The notes below the pieces were generated by a model that saw nothing but the letters and a program-made list of their open reading frames with translations, searched no databases and was not told the DNA's origin. Source: Lama guanicoe (taxonomy: Eukaryota). Taken from it: DNA of 64,000 nucleotides. Location: contig MU054212.1 in the NCBI GenBank assembly GCA_013239625.1, positions 6,732,270 through 6,796,269 on the forward strand, read 5' to 3'. The position numbers were made by a program, and so were the translations under genes. Positions within the stretch are counted from its first letter, which is position 1. Each line of letters begins with the position of its first letter. Positions 1 through 12,262 of this stretch are shown piece by piece.

Positions 1-815
1 AGCCTTTCGGAGTCAGGGTTGGTTTTTTCCCTGGCCTTACATGCCTCTGAGTCTCTTTCCAATTAAACACAGCAGCACTCAGGAAGGACGGACTGTCCAG
101 CCTTCCCCACATAAGGGTCCATGTTGTGAACTGAACTTGAACCTCTGAGCTCTGTTTATTCTTGGCTAGGCATAATTCCCGGCTTCTAAGATAAAAGCGT
201 CGTAAAAAGGCTCATAAGGTGCTTCGGACATCAAGCAGCTCAGACAAAACAATATCTTGATGAGTTAAGTGCAAATGAATCAGAAACACAATGGGCTAAA
301 ATCCCCTCGCTGTGCGGTGGGGGGGCGGCTCAAGGAGACAAGAGCTGGGCTCTGCGGGGAAGCAGCCCTCGGGTTCCATTCCCACCAAATGTTAGGCGAG
401 GACTTCCTACTTTTGGCCAAAGAGGTGGGTTTCATCTGCTTTGCCGAATTCTCACCCTGATGGACTACGAAAAATCCAGGGTCTTCCTCGTCTGTATCAC
501 GTGGAGAGGGAGAAAGGACTAGAAGGAAAGACACCCTCAGGTGCGTGCGAAAGCCGTCTTCGTCCCCACGTCAGTTAATATTGTCTATTTTGCATCACAA
601 AGCTCTTCACAAGCGGTGGCAAAACATAGAGGGATTACAAAGTCAAGAAATGGATCAGTATCACCGTTTCGTGAAGCTGCCGCTGCTGCACGGGCGCCGG
701 CAGTGCAAAGGGCTGAAATCCTCTGTGCTCAGGCCCCAGGCGGGGCTCAGGGCCGACACTTTCCCCCGGGAGGAGTGCCCTGAACCACACTTCTGGGTCA
801 GAGAATAGTGGGGTC

Positions 816-841
816 CGATCGCCACTCACGATCGCCACTCA
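816..841. repeat. 13-bp tandem duplication (CGATCGCCACTCA)x2
   Basis: Two adjacent identical copies at 816-828 and 829-841, read directly. Confidence 0.9.
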
Positions 842-1399
842 CTGGGGCCCGCCTGGCTCTCTAAAGGGGAGATCCCCGTAGGCCAAGTAACAAAAAAACA
901 AACGAACAGTGATGTGAAAAAGAATATGACAAAACACATCTGAGTTCGTTGAAGGGAGAGCGTGGGCCTCACAGGAAGCTGGTCCCAATGACATCTCAGT
1001 GAAGTAGGTAACAAAGAACAGGCCTGTGACTGGAGGATGGCCCTCTGCGCTGACTCTCGGGGTTCCTTTATCAGTGGAGCCCTCCCCTCTTCTCTCAGCT
1101 GATCCGAATCCTGCCCATTCTTTAACACTCAGAGCAAACCCATCCTTCTTCATAAAGGCTCCCTCCTTGCAGTCATGGGTTGTCTTCTTCCTCCTCTGAA
1201 CTCATTCACCAAGTTTTGCCTCTGCAACCAGTTTGGCAATTAACCACCTTCTGCTGCCTTGAGTGGATAGTTTGGTAAATTTTTAGTGGGCATGAACATT
1301 TCATAAATGTTTTGTCTTGATTTTCTATTTCAGTTGGAGGTTTCTTGAGGCAGGGGCTTTGGCTTTATCGATCTCTTCTTTCCTTCCTGGAGTAGGGGA

Positions 1400-1560
1400 A
1401 GGATGCCAACTTTGTGCCAGGCACCAACCTGCTTCACTGCCTATGCCTGGAGGTGCAGGTCAGGAAACTGCTTCTGAGATGCTGTGCCCTGCCCCTGCCA
1501 CAGGGTAAGTGGTGGACGCACAATTTGAATCCTGACTGATGACAAAGCCCTTCCTTAGAT
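1400..1560 (-). mobile_element. Degenerate MIR SINE
   Basis: Resembles reverse-strand MIR (ggaaactg...gtaagtggtgga...atttgaatcc...tgacaaagccc); heavily diverged. Confidence 0.45.
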
Positions 1561-1977
1561 GACAGACATGGCAGATAGGATGTAAGCAATTGATTTCTAT
1601 TTTTTTAATTAGTTTTTAAAATTTTAATTAATTTAAAATTATTTTTATAGATTAATTGACTTCTGTTTTAACCACATACACAAAATCAGACAGCATTCTC
1701 ATGACTGTGTTCATTCTTTTGTTTCTGAGTGAGAATTCCTCTAATATCTCTGGGTTTCAGAAGCCCTGTCTGTGTTTCCTCCCGGGGAAGAGACGGTGCA
1801 GGAAGCAGCTACACATATTCCCGGAGAAGTTGCCGCTGTGGAGTTTGGAGTTTGCTAGCGGATGAGGGATGGGGCGGCCAGTATTTCTTGTTGCTGTCAA
1901 AATAGAAATCAGTCTGCCCCTGAGCTGAACCTCACTCATCAGCAGTTGCACCACAAAGGATTTATTTTTGAGGTGAT

Positions 1978-2162
1978 GGGTAGTCCTCAACCCTGGCCAC
2001 ACGTTAAAATCACCTTGAAGGTGTTTTAGAAAAACAGCACTGCCTGACCCGAATCCCAGGCATCCTGATTTAGTCGGTCTGCAGTGGGACGCAGGCATCT
2101 GCATTCTTTTTTTGGTTAAGTTCCTTCATTGCTTTTATCTGAACTCAGGGCTGAGGACCACG
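1978..2162. mobile_element. MER5A/MER5A1-like hAT-Charlie MITE
   Basis: gtagtcctcaaccctggccacacgttaaaatcacc ... cagggctgaggaccac: mutually inverted ends and internal similarity to the recalled MER5 consensus. Confidence 0.75.
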
Positions 2163-3289
2163 AAGAGATCATGTGCGAGACTTAGCAGGTGAATGAAGAG
2201 AACTGTTGGGGTAGAATTTAGTGCTGCTGAAAGAAACCCCTCTGACTGCCCCTGACTTCTCTTACATGGGGCTGCCACCGCTGCTCACACTTTCCCACTC
2301 TGCCCAGCAATCTGGTCCATGACCCTGGTCTGGAGAGAGTGCGTGGATGAAGAGCTTAGAAGTTCATTTCTCCTTTCCTGCTGTGACTGGGGTGGCGGTG
2401 GGTCGGGGTCCTGCTGTTGATGGGCACGTGATTTGTAGCTGAGCATATAATAAAGACAGCGGAGCAGCACACCTGATGTGAGTCTCAGCTATGGCCTGAG
2501 GCTGATTTCAGATTTTTCAGAGCCTGCTAAAACCGTGGGAGCTGTTTCGTCTTCCCACCTCGTGTTTCAGAGACACTGTGTTTGCAGGCACCTTCCATCC
2601 CTTGTGCCTCCTGAGCTGAGATCCTCCAACTGACGTTGCTAAACTCTCAGAAACTCACAATAGAGGATGATGAGCTGACATTTCAAACATGCAGAAGCCA
2701 CCTGTATAAGCTTCCTTTTGCATATGGAAGTCTTGTCCATCATCAGCAGTTGCACCACAAAGGATTTATGGTGCAGTGAGAGGTCTGGTCTGTGAGAGGC
2801 CCATGATGAAGAGGATGGTCCACCACGGCTCCCAGAGGGGTCACCTCCCTGCTCATGGGGACTGCCAGAACTTTTTACTTGACCCTTCTCTCTTTTGGGT
2901 AATTTTGATGGTTGCCACAGGGAGGAAGGTGTTGAGGTGAGAGGCGGAGGCAGGGAGAGGAAAGATGTCTCAATCACAGGGTCTGCATTCACCCCACCAG
3001 CCATTGCATGTTACTCTTCCGGGCATTTTTTTTTTTTCCGCTTCCTTCTTTCCATCTCCCTGAAGATGTCAGTTAATTTCTCCACAAGAGTGTTAGTGGT
3101 CACATTTAGTGGGGGTGCTACAGAATTAGTGCTTCCTTAAAGATCAGAAAAAGGCTGAGTACTTACTGAGTCTAAGCCATGGGGGAAGAAAACGGAAGAG
3201 GAAGCATAGGGGCTCGTAGAAGAAAACAGCTTCGCCACATTTTCTCTCTCTCTTTAGAATCATCAAATCTTTGCCAGAACTGAAAAGAC

Positions 3290-5318
3290 TGGTATTTCTC
3301 TGTCCCTCGGCCTTCTCTCTTCTCATTTTACACACCCTTTCTGACAGATTTCACCTACTTTCATTGTGTCAATTATCTTGGGCTTTTTTTTCCCCTCATG
3401 ATTTCCAAATATATACCTTTTCGTTCACATTTCCCTCCCCAAGCTGCAGACCCATACAGTCACCTGACAACTGACCTCCTCACCTGCATTTCTCATCGGC
3501 ATCTCGAAATTAGTATCTCATTAGCCTCCTCTCTCCCCAAACCTGCTTCTCTGCATATCCTGTCTCAGAAAATGGAAAAAGTTGGACAACTCCTTCCAGC
3601 TGACAGTGCTCCAAAGCAGGAGGATTTGCTGGCCTTCCCTCTCTCTTGTCCCATATCCACAACCAGCCAACCACCAAATTCGTAATCCCACTCCTTGAAT
3701 ATCTCTCAAATCCACCGACTGCGCCCAAGTCTTCTTTGGCTGAACATTTTAAAGGGCCGAATAACACCCACTCACAAAGATGTCCACATCTTAACCCTCA
3801 GAACCCATGAGCACGTGACCCTGACACAGCCAAAGGGACTTTGCGGGTGCGATTAAGGGTTCTAAGAGAGGTTATCCTGGATTCTCCGGGTCAGCCCAAT
3901 CCGTTCACAAGTCTTTATAAGAGGGAGGCAGGAGGGCCAGAGAGAGAAGACGTGATAACATAAGCAGAGGTAAGAGTGAGGTGAGGTCATGAGCCAAGGA
4001 ATGCAGGAAGCTTCTAGAAGCTGGAAAAGTCAAGGAAACAGGTTCTGCCCCTAGAACCTCCAGGAGGCATGCGGCCCTACTTAGCCATTTTGTGCTTTCA
4101 GTCACAAAGGTTGTGGTAATTTGTTACAGCAGCAACAGAAAGCTAATACAAGTCTGGACTGTCTTCCTTCTCCACAGTCACGCCCCCTTCTCGCCTATTT
4201 CCAACGAGGTCACCAGGGGACGGGTTCGAAAACACAAATCCGATCACAGCCGTTCCAAGCACAGGAATGCCTCGTGCTGGAATCAATCTCTTTTTCTTAT
4301 TTTTAGCTATTCCTCATCCACATTCCGCAGCATGCCAGAACCCAAAATCCAGCAGCATGGGGTGTCTTCCCTTGACCATACACATCTTCATAGGGAACGA
4401 AACACATGCTCCCTTTTAGGACTAAACCTACAGCGATCACAAAATGACGCTTGTCCTCCAGCACCTGTGAGCAGGGAAAAGGAGCACTTGAAGCATGATC
4501 GCTGTCAGGGAGATGCAGCCATAGTCTTGGGGTTTTATACCTTGTTTGGGGCCAAACCTTTGAGGACTGCTTTCCTCTCTGCTCCTCTTTCATCCATGAA
4601 GGTGGGGTGAAGGGAGCCTGAGACTTGGGGTCCACACGGGAGCATGACCAGGAGATAAGTAACTGGGAGGGTAGTCCTGTGTGGCTGAGAAGCTGGTGGG
4701 GGAGAGAAACAGACGGCAGGAGCTAAGGTGGTCTCTGTGCACACTGCCATGGAAGAGCACAGCCTAAAAGAAAGTCTTCCCCTGAGCATCTCTGCTAACC
4801 TGCATGCAGTTGATAACAGTAAGACGTTGTGGTGATGGACGGCTTAGGTCCATCCCCTCTTCCCTTATTGATACGAGAATAATAAGGAGACTCTTGTCTA
4901 CCCTTCCTCCACCCCCATTTTTTTTTCTGCCTTGTAAGATCGGCATCCAAGGCCTTTAGACTTGTCTGCCTCCTGCTTACTATTCTCGAGTAGCCTCTCA
5001 CCACTCCTCCACTTCTTCCATCCTCAAAAATCTATCAAATGTGCAATTCTCTCTCTTCCACAGTTTCAGGCTGGATATCATGTTTTCTCATGCCCAGTCT
5101 GGCTTGTATATGATTTAGCAGTCCATGCCCAGCCCTACAGAGGGAGTTGTTATACTGTATTTTAATCATCTTTTTCTTTTCTGTCATTCTCACTAGACTT
5201 TAAACACCCCCCAAGGGTAGGGACTGTCGCCTTCTCATTGACATATCAAACATGGCCCTATTACATGGGGAATGTTCACTAAATATTTTGCAGAATAAAT
5301 GCATGAATGAATGAATGG
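3290..5318 (+). mobile_element. L2 LINE 3' portion, interrupted by MLT1D and an unclassified insert
   Basis: L2-like segments at 3380-3745, 4151-4256 (aaaacacaaatccgatcac) and 4900-5318, ending in a typical L2 tail (cactagact...aaatattttgcagaataaatgcatgaatgaatgaatg). Confidence 0.7.
3748..4150 (+). mobile_element. MLT1D-like MaLR solo LTR
   Basis: aaagatgtccacatcttaaccc...aagggactttgc...gccaaggaatgcagg...tagaagctggaaaa...gtggtaatttgttacagcagcaacagaaagctaataca matches recalled MLT1C/D consensus and ends in CA. Confidence 0.85.
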
Positions 5319-6214
5319 AGACAGGCCAGGCTGTGGTAGGTGGGGAGGTATGGTGGCAGGCTGGGGAGAGGGCTCTAACGTGCTAAATAGAGTGAAGGGA
5401 AAGGAGGCCTGGGCCAACCATGTTCCTAGAAGAAGACCCTCTATACTTTGAACAAAGGTTGAGATCTAGCCTTCAAAGATTAAGTAATTTGTCGCTCTTC
5501 ACTGAAATAATTTGACCCTCCCTTGCATGCCCTTGATTCACATGTGTCCTGTTTATCCTTTTAGTTAATGAGTGACTTAAGGACAGGGATTTATGCTTCA
5601 TGCTGTCTTTGATGGTCTCCAGCAGTATTACTGTGACTTGCTCACAGGACGTATACAATGCTGGTTCACGATGAATGTGTTCAAGGCCCAGGAGAGACAC
5701 TTCAACCAACCCTTATGCTTTGGGAGATCACCAGTCCCTTCTTAATCTTGATGCTTCTTTGAGACTGTCACACGTGAAACTTCTCTGTATCTTGGGAGTT
5801 GCCTGGCAGGTCATACACCTTATGGTTTCCACCGACAGAATTCCTGTAGCTCTTTCCTCATTGTTGGAAAGGGGAACAAAATACTGGTAGTCATTCTGAT
5901 TGCTCTTCCTTGTGAAATGAAGTGGTCTTTATGTATTTTTTTTCCAGTGCCCTAAACATCGAGATTTTCAAGAAGTATTATTAACATCAGTGCTATCACA
6001 CCTAGTGACTGTAGTGCTTCACACTGCTGCATACCTAGATACACCAAACGTTCCTGGCTGGATTATATTTAATTGATAATAGATTGAAGGCTCTGACAAA
6101 TTGTATGAAGACTAATAACAGCAAGTTCCTGCTTCTTGGTTACTGTTTACAAGAGAAATTAGAGAGGACAAAGGGTTTAGATTTTATTCCTTATTAGACG
6201 GAATTCTTTTAGGA

Positions 6215-6360
6215 GAGAAAGAATATCATGGCTAGAAGAACTCTGCCCTACCAGCCCTGAGCTCTAGAAGAGGTTCCACCACCGTTCAGCTGAGCAACTC
6301 TGGAACAACTGTCACTTCATTTCTCTTGGATTCTGTTTCCTCACTCTGAAATTAAAGTCC
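6215..6360 (+). mobile_element. MIR SINE fragment
   Basis: Core-like gtcacttcatttctcttggattctgtttcctcactctgaaat. Confidence 0.55.
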
Positions 6361-6849
6361 TGACAATTCATGATGGAGGTGATCATAACGCAATGGATAC
6401 AATCCTTGTCCTGTATTAAAAGGGGAAGAAAACTGCATTAGATCGCTATGCCCAACGATGCTGTCTGATAGTAAAATATAAGAGCCCTAGAACAACAGTG
6501 GGGCTGTAACACTCTCATGATAAAAATGAAGCTACAATCTGGAAAGAGGAGAGAGGCATCTACTCAGAGAACAAAGGAAAGCCAGTTTCTCAGAACGATT
6601 TCCTGCAAGACGAGAAGCCTTTGGACTCAATTTGCTATTGAGAACAGACTTTTAAATCAAAACGATGGATTCCCATGTGAGTCAGTGCACATCTTCTGAC
6701 CTCACATGAACACTGCAAGGGCCACAATATGCTAGTTTCTCCCTAAAGCCCTGACTCCCTTAAATATTATTCAGTAGATGCAAATTGGTAATGCTCATAA
6801 CAATCTTGAACCTAAGTCTGCCACAATGCTCTTGTTCTTAATCTTTTCG

Positions 6850-7440
6850 CATTTGGCATTGTCGCGCTGCTGCCCAAAGAAGACGTTCTTACATCTGAAA
6901 GTCAAGGTAGAGACGGAAGGAGCCCTCCAACCCGCGGGGCAGATGGTGAGATGTCATGGCGAAGTCGATTCACCATCCACATGGGTTAGGTCTGATGCCG
7001 CTGAAGCTCTCTGTAAGAGCTATCAAGAAGATAAGGGTGCTTGGAAACTGCTCAGTGAGAGAGAAAATGTCAACACACATTGAAAAGAGCATTTCAAGGT
7101 CTTCGGTGGAAATTATTTTATCAGTGGGAGTGTTTTCAACTCCATCCCACAACCCCCAATCAGTGGCAATCTCAAAATCCCTCCAACTCTTTATGAGGTG
7201 AGGAAAGCCATCAAGCAGATGAAAAACAACAAGGCATCTGGAGCTGATGGCATCCCTGCTGAAATCTTCAAATCGGCTGAGGAAAACGCACACTATGGCT
7301 CCTCGCGCTCATCTTGAAGCTTGAGGACGATGAAGAAATTCCAGATGACATCAGTGATGCTGCAGTTGTGACCATTTTAAGGCAAGGACACAAAGATAAT
7401 TGGAAAAAGAACACCCTCACTCTTCTCTCTCAGAAAAGTT
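6850..7440 (+). mobile_element. Ancient RTE-clade non-LTR retrotransposon ORF fragment (MamRTE1/L4-like), region entering the RT domain
   Basis: Frame +1 reads KLLSERENVNTH*KEHF...IPPTLYEVRKAIKQMKNNKASGADGIPAEIFK (7177-7272). After a frameshift it continues LLALILKLEDDEEIPDDISDAAVVTILRQGHKDNW...TLLS. This matches the RTE-clade motifs RWKEHF / EVxKAI-K-NKAxGxDGIPAE / W-EE-IP-D--DA-IVTI-KKG. Confidence 0.85.
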
Positions 7441-9218
7441 CTTGCTGGGGGCGTCCATGTCACTTTTTGAAAGGCAATAATAGATAGATGAAAATTTATT
7501 ATTATTTAACTTCAGTTGTTTGGTAGGAAACTTTCTCTTTTTTTGTTTGTTTCTTTTTAAAAAAATTATTTTGAATTGCACTGCAAGCAACTGCAGATAC
7601 CCAGTGCATTGTTACTATTATTTTCATGAGTCTGATGATCTCTAGACATCTTTTAAAGCAGTGTTTGCTTTATTCATCTCTGTCTCCATCGAATCTGCAA
7701 ATAGGAGGTGCCTGACAGACGGTCAATAAATGAATGAATACTTCGATGTAATTAAGAGTAGGATTAGTTGCATACACATAATATTTAACCGATGAATGAG
7801 GAACAGTGTTGTCATCCTGCCTCAGGCTTGTCTGGCCACGATGTTAGAATAGCCACACAGAAGATGAAGTCAGGCTGCAGAAAGGCATTCATGGCTGTTT
7901 TCCTTGATTATCTGCAGGAACGAGGGCAGGCGGGAGAGAAGCCCGGAGAGACCAGAGAGCTTGAGATTTGTAAGGGACAGGAAAAGCTTGGATGTCAACC
8001 TTTGCTTTGGCAGCGGCTGACCTAGTTTCCAATCAGAGCGTCCTCAGGACCACTGTGAGCGGTACTAGCGGTGCTCAGGTTAATTGACTAGTCACCCCCG
8101 GATTTGGAGCCCAGCTCCCATTTGGCTATAAAGTTGGCATCTCTCTGCCCTACACTGGGGCCGGAGTCCCAACCAAACGGTCCCACGGCAGCTCTGCAGG
8201 GACTGGGGTGGGGACAACGTGGGTCCCCTCTCTGCTCCACAGACACAGAGATAATGCAGTGCACTGTGTTAATTAACACTTAAAGCTGATACAGACGAAA
8301 ATAAACAAACGCGCACCCATTCTGGTTCCACTTCCAAGACCTCATCCCGAGACCGTAACACAGTTTGTTTTACGGCTTCCCTGGTCACGTGAGAGCCAGC
8401 ATAATGAAACCTCTCTAATCTCTATTTTTCGAAAGTCTGTGTAGATACAGATGGCTCTGTTTTGGTCTCTGGGTTTTATTCTTATTTTGCCACAATTTTA
8501 ACCTTTTATGTATCTCTTTCTGTGAGATATTCTCACTGTTTCCTCACTGCCTAGAGGCTCTGAGAGGCCTTTCATTTTCATTTTCTGATGGTTGTATCAT
8601 ATGGGTCTTCAGAATATTTGGGATTTTTTTTTTAAACAACAGAAGATGTACAGCCATTGTTACTGGAGGATTCTGATCTGTAGGGATTGCCGTTCTGTGA
8701 TGCACGGGAAAGTTCCTATCAGCTCCATTTTTTAACAGGAGAGGTTGAAGGATAGATGTTCAATTTTCAAAGTATCCATCATCAGTTGCACCCGGAAGGC
8801 TGCTAACAGCAGAGGGAGGACACGGTGGGATATCATCTCCACTATGTGTTTTACGTTTTGGGAAGAAAGAGAGACTATGAAAGAAGGGAGAGAGTCACAA
8901 AATAAAGAGAGCTGGATCTGACACAGGTTATGCAAGAGAAAAGATCGGGACTGTCAAGCCTCACATGCAGAGTCAAATTCAGAAAAAAAAAGAAAGGACA
9001 ATATATAAACAGCCTGCAAAACACAATACTTAGTCCCGTCAATTTGGCGTAGTCTGAGTCCCAGCTTCCAGCTGCGATAAAAGAATAGACAAATACAAAA
9101 ATGACTGAAGCATCCCCCACGTTTGCTTAAGTGAGGTAAGCAGCTCAGAGGAGGGATTTGAAAGAGGACTTTGCATTGTTCTTGGAGTCACTCAAGCATA
9201 GGAAGGGTGGAATTCCAT

Positions 9219-9242
9219 CTGTTCAGTTCAGTTCAGTTCAGT
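9219..9242. repeat. (GTTCA)n pentanucleotide microsatellite
   Basis: tgttcagttcagttcagttcagt read directly. Confidence 0.85.
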
Positions 9243-10293
9243 GAACTGGGTCACTTTTAATGGTTCACTAAATTCTGACTATCTAAAAATTACAGTTAAT
9301 GTGTTTTAAAAATCTCGGGCTTCATGACAGGAACACCTTATTACTTGTTCTTCCTTGCCCTTGGGTGGATCACCTCTGAGGATGGGTAAACCGAAGCACC
9401 TTTCCTGAGATGGGGGAATTGGGTCATTGAATCCCACGTCAGGTCCCACCAGTGTCTCTCCATTAAAAACAAAAGACAAAACCCATTTTATACCCCTTCC
9501 TGGACCTTCTCCCTGACTGGAGTTTGCAGGCTGGGGTGACTATTTCTCACTCACGTGAGATCGATCTGGGAACGTCCTCTCTGAGTTAGAGAGAGAGGCA
9601 AGCAGAGACCTAGGAAAGCAGAAAAGCTATTAGAGAAAAATAACTACAGGAGGGAAACATCATAATTCACATTTCAGGGGTAAGTTTGAAAGTCTCAAAG
9701 CACAGGATGCTCTCAGGAAGTAATCCTGGCCTTTGGCTTTTCAAGGAGGTGGTTTGTATCCAATTTCACTTGATGTAAACATTTCCCAGTCTTCTAAGGA
9801 GCTGTGTTGCCTCTGTGGGTAAACCTAAAAAAATAGAACTGTGTCCCCTGGATTTGTGGTTGTGTTGGTTTTTCTCTGCACAACAAAACAAGCCTCCCAC
9901 CACATAAGCAAGATACTTTTTATCATGAGTGTTCTATTAGGGGACAGGGCGACTGAGCTATGAAAGAAAAGTCTTTACAGAAAAGATGAAAATGTCAGGA
10001 ATTAGAATGAGAAAAGGGGAGTGGATTTTGTGCTACCATTGGACTTGGGTAACCTTGTTTAACTCTCTATGTCATTCTGCATATTAAAAATACATCTTTC
10101 CCCTCCTGGCTGCTGGTCTCAGTGGCCTGTAGGTGCCGGGTCCTGCTTGATATGCCAATGTGACAGATCATCGGGACAAGAAGAGCAGGTGCTGAAAGCC
10201 ACACCTGAAGTTTTCAAATAGGAAATGACACAGAATGAGACTGAGGACATCTGCAAGTCTAAAAATAACTCTTCTTCCAAATACAGTTTAAAA

Positions 10294-10311
10294 ATATATA
10301 TATATATATAT
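10294..10311. repeat. (TA)n microsatellite
   Basis: Read directly. Confidence 0.85.
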
Positions 10312-10859
10312 TAGAAATAAATACACTGATATTGGGACCACAGCTACTGAATAATGATGATGATCAATGCTGCTGCTAGGTTTATTTTCCTACTCAAACA
10401 TAACTAGCTTAGAGCTATTTGTTCAAGATGAAATTCAGTTTTTGGAGGGTTAGATACACGTGGGAAGATCCTCATTTGATTCTTGATGGCACAGGTGTCT
10501 TTCTGAAGCGTGACAGGTGTGTTCTTTTCTCGCCGTAAGGGCCAAAGTACAGAGAGAGCTCTGTATAGATGCAGATGCCTCTTCTCCTGTATCTGCACCG
10601 GGTGGAGGCACGCAGTGGTTTGGAGATGTAGGCTCAGTCTTTCGGGGAAGGGACTGCCCCCACCTCTCACCTCCCTTTGCACAGTTTTCACACCTGCCAG
10701 CTTGGGAGGGCACGCCCACGTACCCCTAGAAATGGCCCACAGACCTCCGAGCAAAAGCTATGCATGGCTGTGGTCTCTACTCCAGCCTATTTCTTCCCAC
10801 AATCCCCACTGGGACTAGTAGCAGTAGAGAACATGGCTAACGGCCTCTCTCCTGTGACC

Positions 10860-11965
10860 TGATTACTTCTTAACTACTCTCCCTGGCTCTGTCCCTGACT
10901 GCTCTGACTTTCATCACGGTGAAATGTTAATGTAACGGAAGCCCTCCTCTGCTTACAAGTCTCTGTAGCCCCCCATTGCCCGAAGTGATACAGGAAAATG
11001 GGGTGCAAGAGGGTGGCCATGTCCCAGGTCCCAGATGAGCCCCAGGGATGTGCACCATCAAGTAAGGGCTCTTGGCTTCGCACACGAAAGAGTTCAAGAG
11101 TGAGCCATAGTTGAGTAAATGCAGATTCATTCAGAGAGACACACACTCCATAGACAAGAGTGCAGGCCGACTCAGAAGGCAAGAGAAAGGCCATGAGGTA
11201 CAAGGTTGGGTGCTAGGTTTAAAATAAAGGTAGATACATACTCCACAGACAGAGTGCAAGCTGTCTCACTCAGAAGAAAAGAGTGGCCATGAGATGTGGG
11301 TGGTTAGTTTTTATGGCTCAGTAACTACAAATGCTCACAAGTGGGACGATTATTCCAACTACTTTGGGGGAAGGGACAGGGATGCTACCACCGACTTTGT
11401 GACCTTTTATGGTTAGCCTCGAACTGTCCTGGTGCCTGTGGCAGTGTCATTTGCCACACTAATATATTGCAATGAGTGTACAATGAAGCTCAAGGTCTCC
11501 TGGAAGTCAGATCTCCCGCCATTTGGGGCCTCAAGGTCTACTGAGAGTTGAATTTTCACCATCTTGGTGCTAGTTGCCATGTCATTCCTTTAACGGCTGT
11601 GCCCTGCCCCCTTCCCTCCTGTCTCAATAGGACAAAGCAAACTTTCCTTAGCAGACGTGCATCTCACCGCAATAATGTTATTCCAGGTTTCTGCCCAGAC
11701 TCACGACCATTTGTTAAATTTTTGCTTATCCTTCAAGGCCCAGTTCGAAAGTGTCCTCTTTAGACGGATTCTCTGATCGCTCCGCTCAACTCTTCCAGCC
11801 TCTTCCATACCATGGATACTTTCACGGGAGCAGCTGTCTCGGGGTTAATGATGTGACCATCTCTCCTTTTTTCCCATCTAGACTGGGTCACAATCAAAAC
11901 CAAGGATGTACCCACGCCTGGCAGAGTGTTGAATGATTGTTGAAAGAGATGTTTCATTGAATGAG
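10860..11965 (+). mobile_element. L2 fragment split by an ERV1-type LTR
   Basis: ctctgcttacaagtctctgtagccccccattgccc | LTR | ataggacaaagcaaactttccttagca is continuous with the recalled L2 consensus; L2 tail near 11690-11965 (ccttcaaggcccag...ttgaatga). Confidence 0.6.
10986..11626 (-). mobile_element. ERV1-class solo LTR (~640 bp)
   Basis: On the minus strand it begins TGAGACAGGAGGGAAGGGG and ends CCTGTATCA (TG...CA). It has internal diverged direct repeats (11135-11205 vs 11231-11300; ctcaaggtct twice), a TATA-like CATAAAAA and no internal ERV sequence. Confidence 0.8.
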
Positions 11966-12119
11966 AATTTCTGTTTTTTAACAGGGTTTTCTCTGTTTTC
12001 TGTCTCAGCTATCCGATTTAATGTAGTTCAAAGGTATTCTTCACATTTTGGTTATTCCCTTTTCTGTTAATTTCTTTCCTAATATTTATGAACATAAGTT
12101 TACTTGAACATGTACTTGT

Positions 12120-12262
12120 TTATTGATTCCATCAGTAGACTATGAATTCCATACAGCCAAGAATGTCATCTTTTTTGTGTGTGTACTGTATCTCCCATTC
12201 CTGGCTCTGTGCCTGCTTAGCAAACATTTGTTGAATAAAACAGCAAATGAATTAATGAATTC
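12120..12262 (+). mobile_element. L2 3' end
   Basis: tagactatgaattccatacag...tgtatctccc...gtgcctg...aaacatttgttgaataaa. Confidence 0.65.

Noticed and set aside
4092..4610. 172-aa ORF as a gene
   Set aside because: Starts inside an MLT1D LTR from a non-ATG codon, crosses L2 sequence, and has no recognisable domain.
9219..9248. (GTTCA)n as a ruminant Bov-A2/BovB tail
   Set aside because: Not followed by the Bov-A body (gtcgctcagtcgtgtccgactc); an isolated microsatellite.
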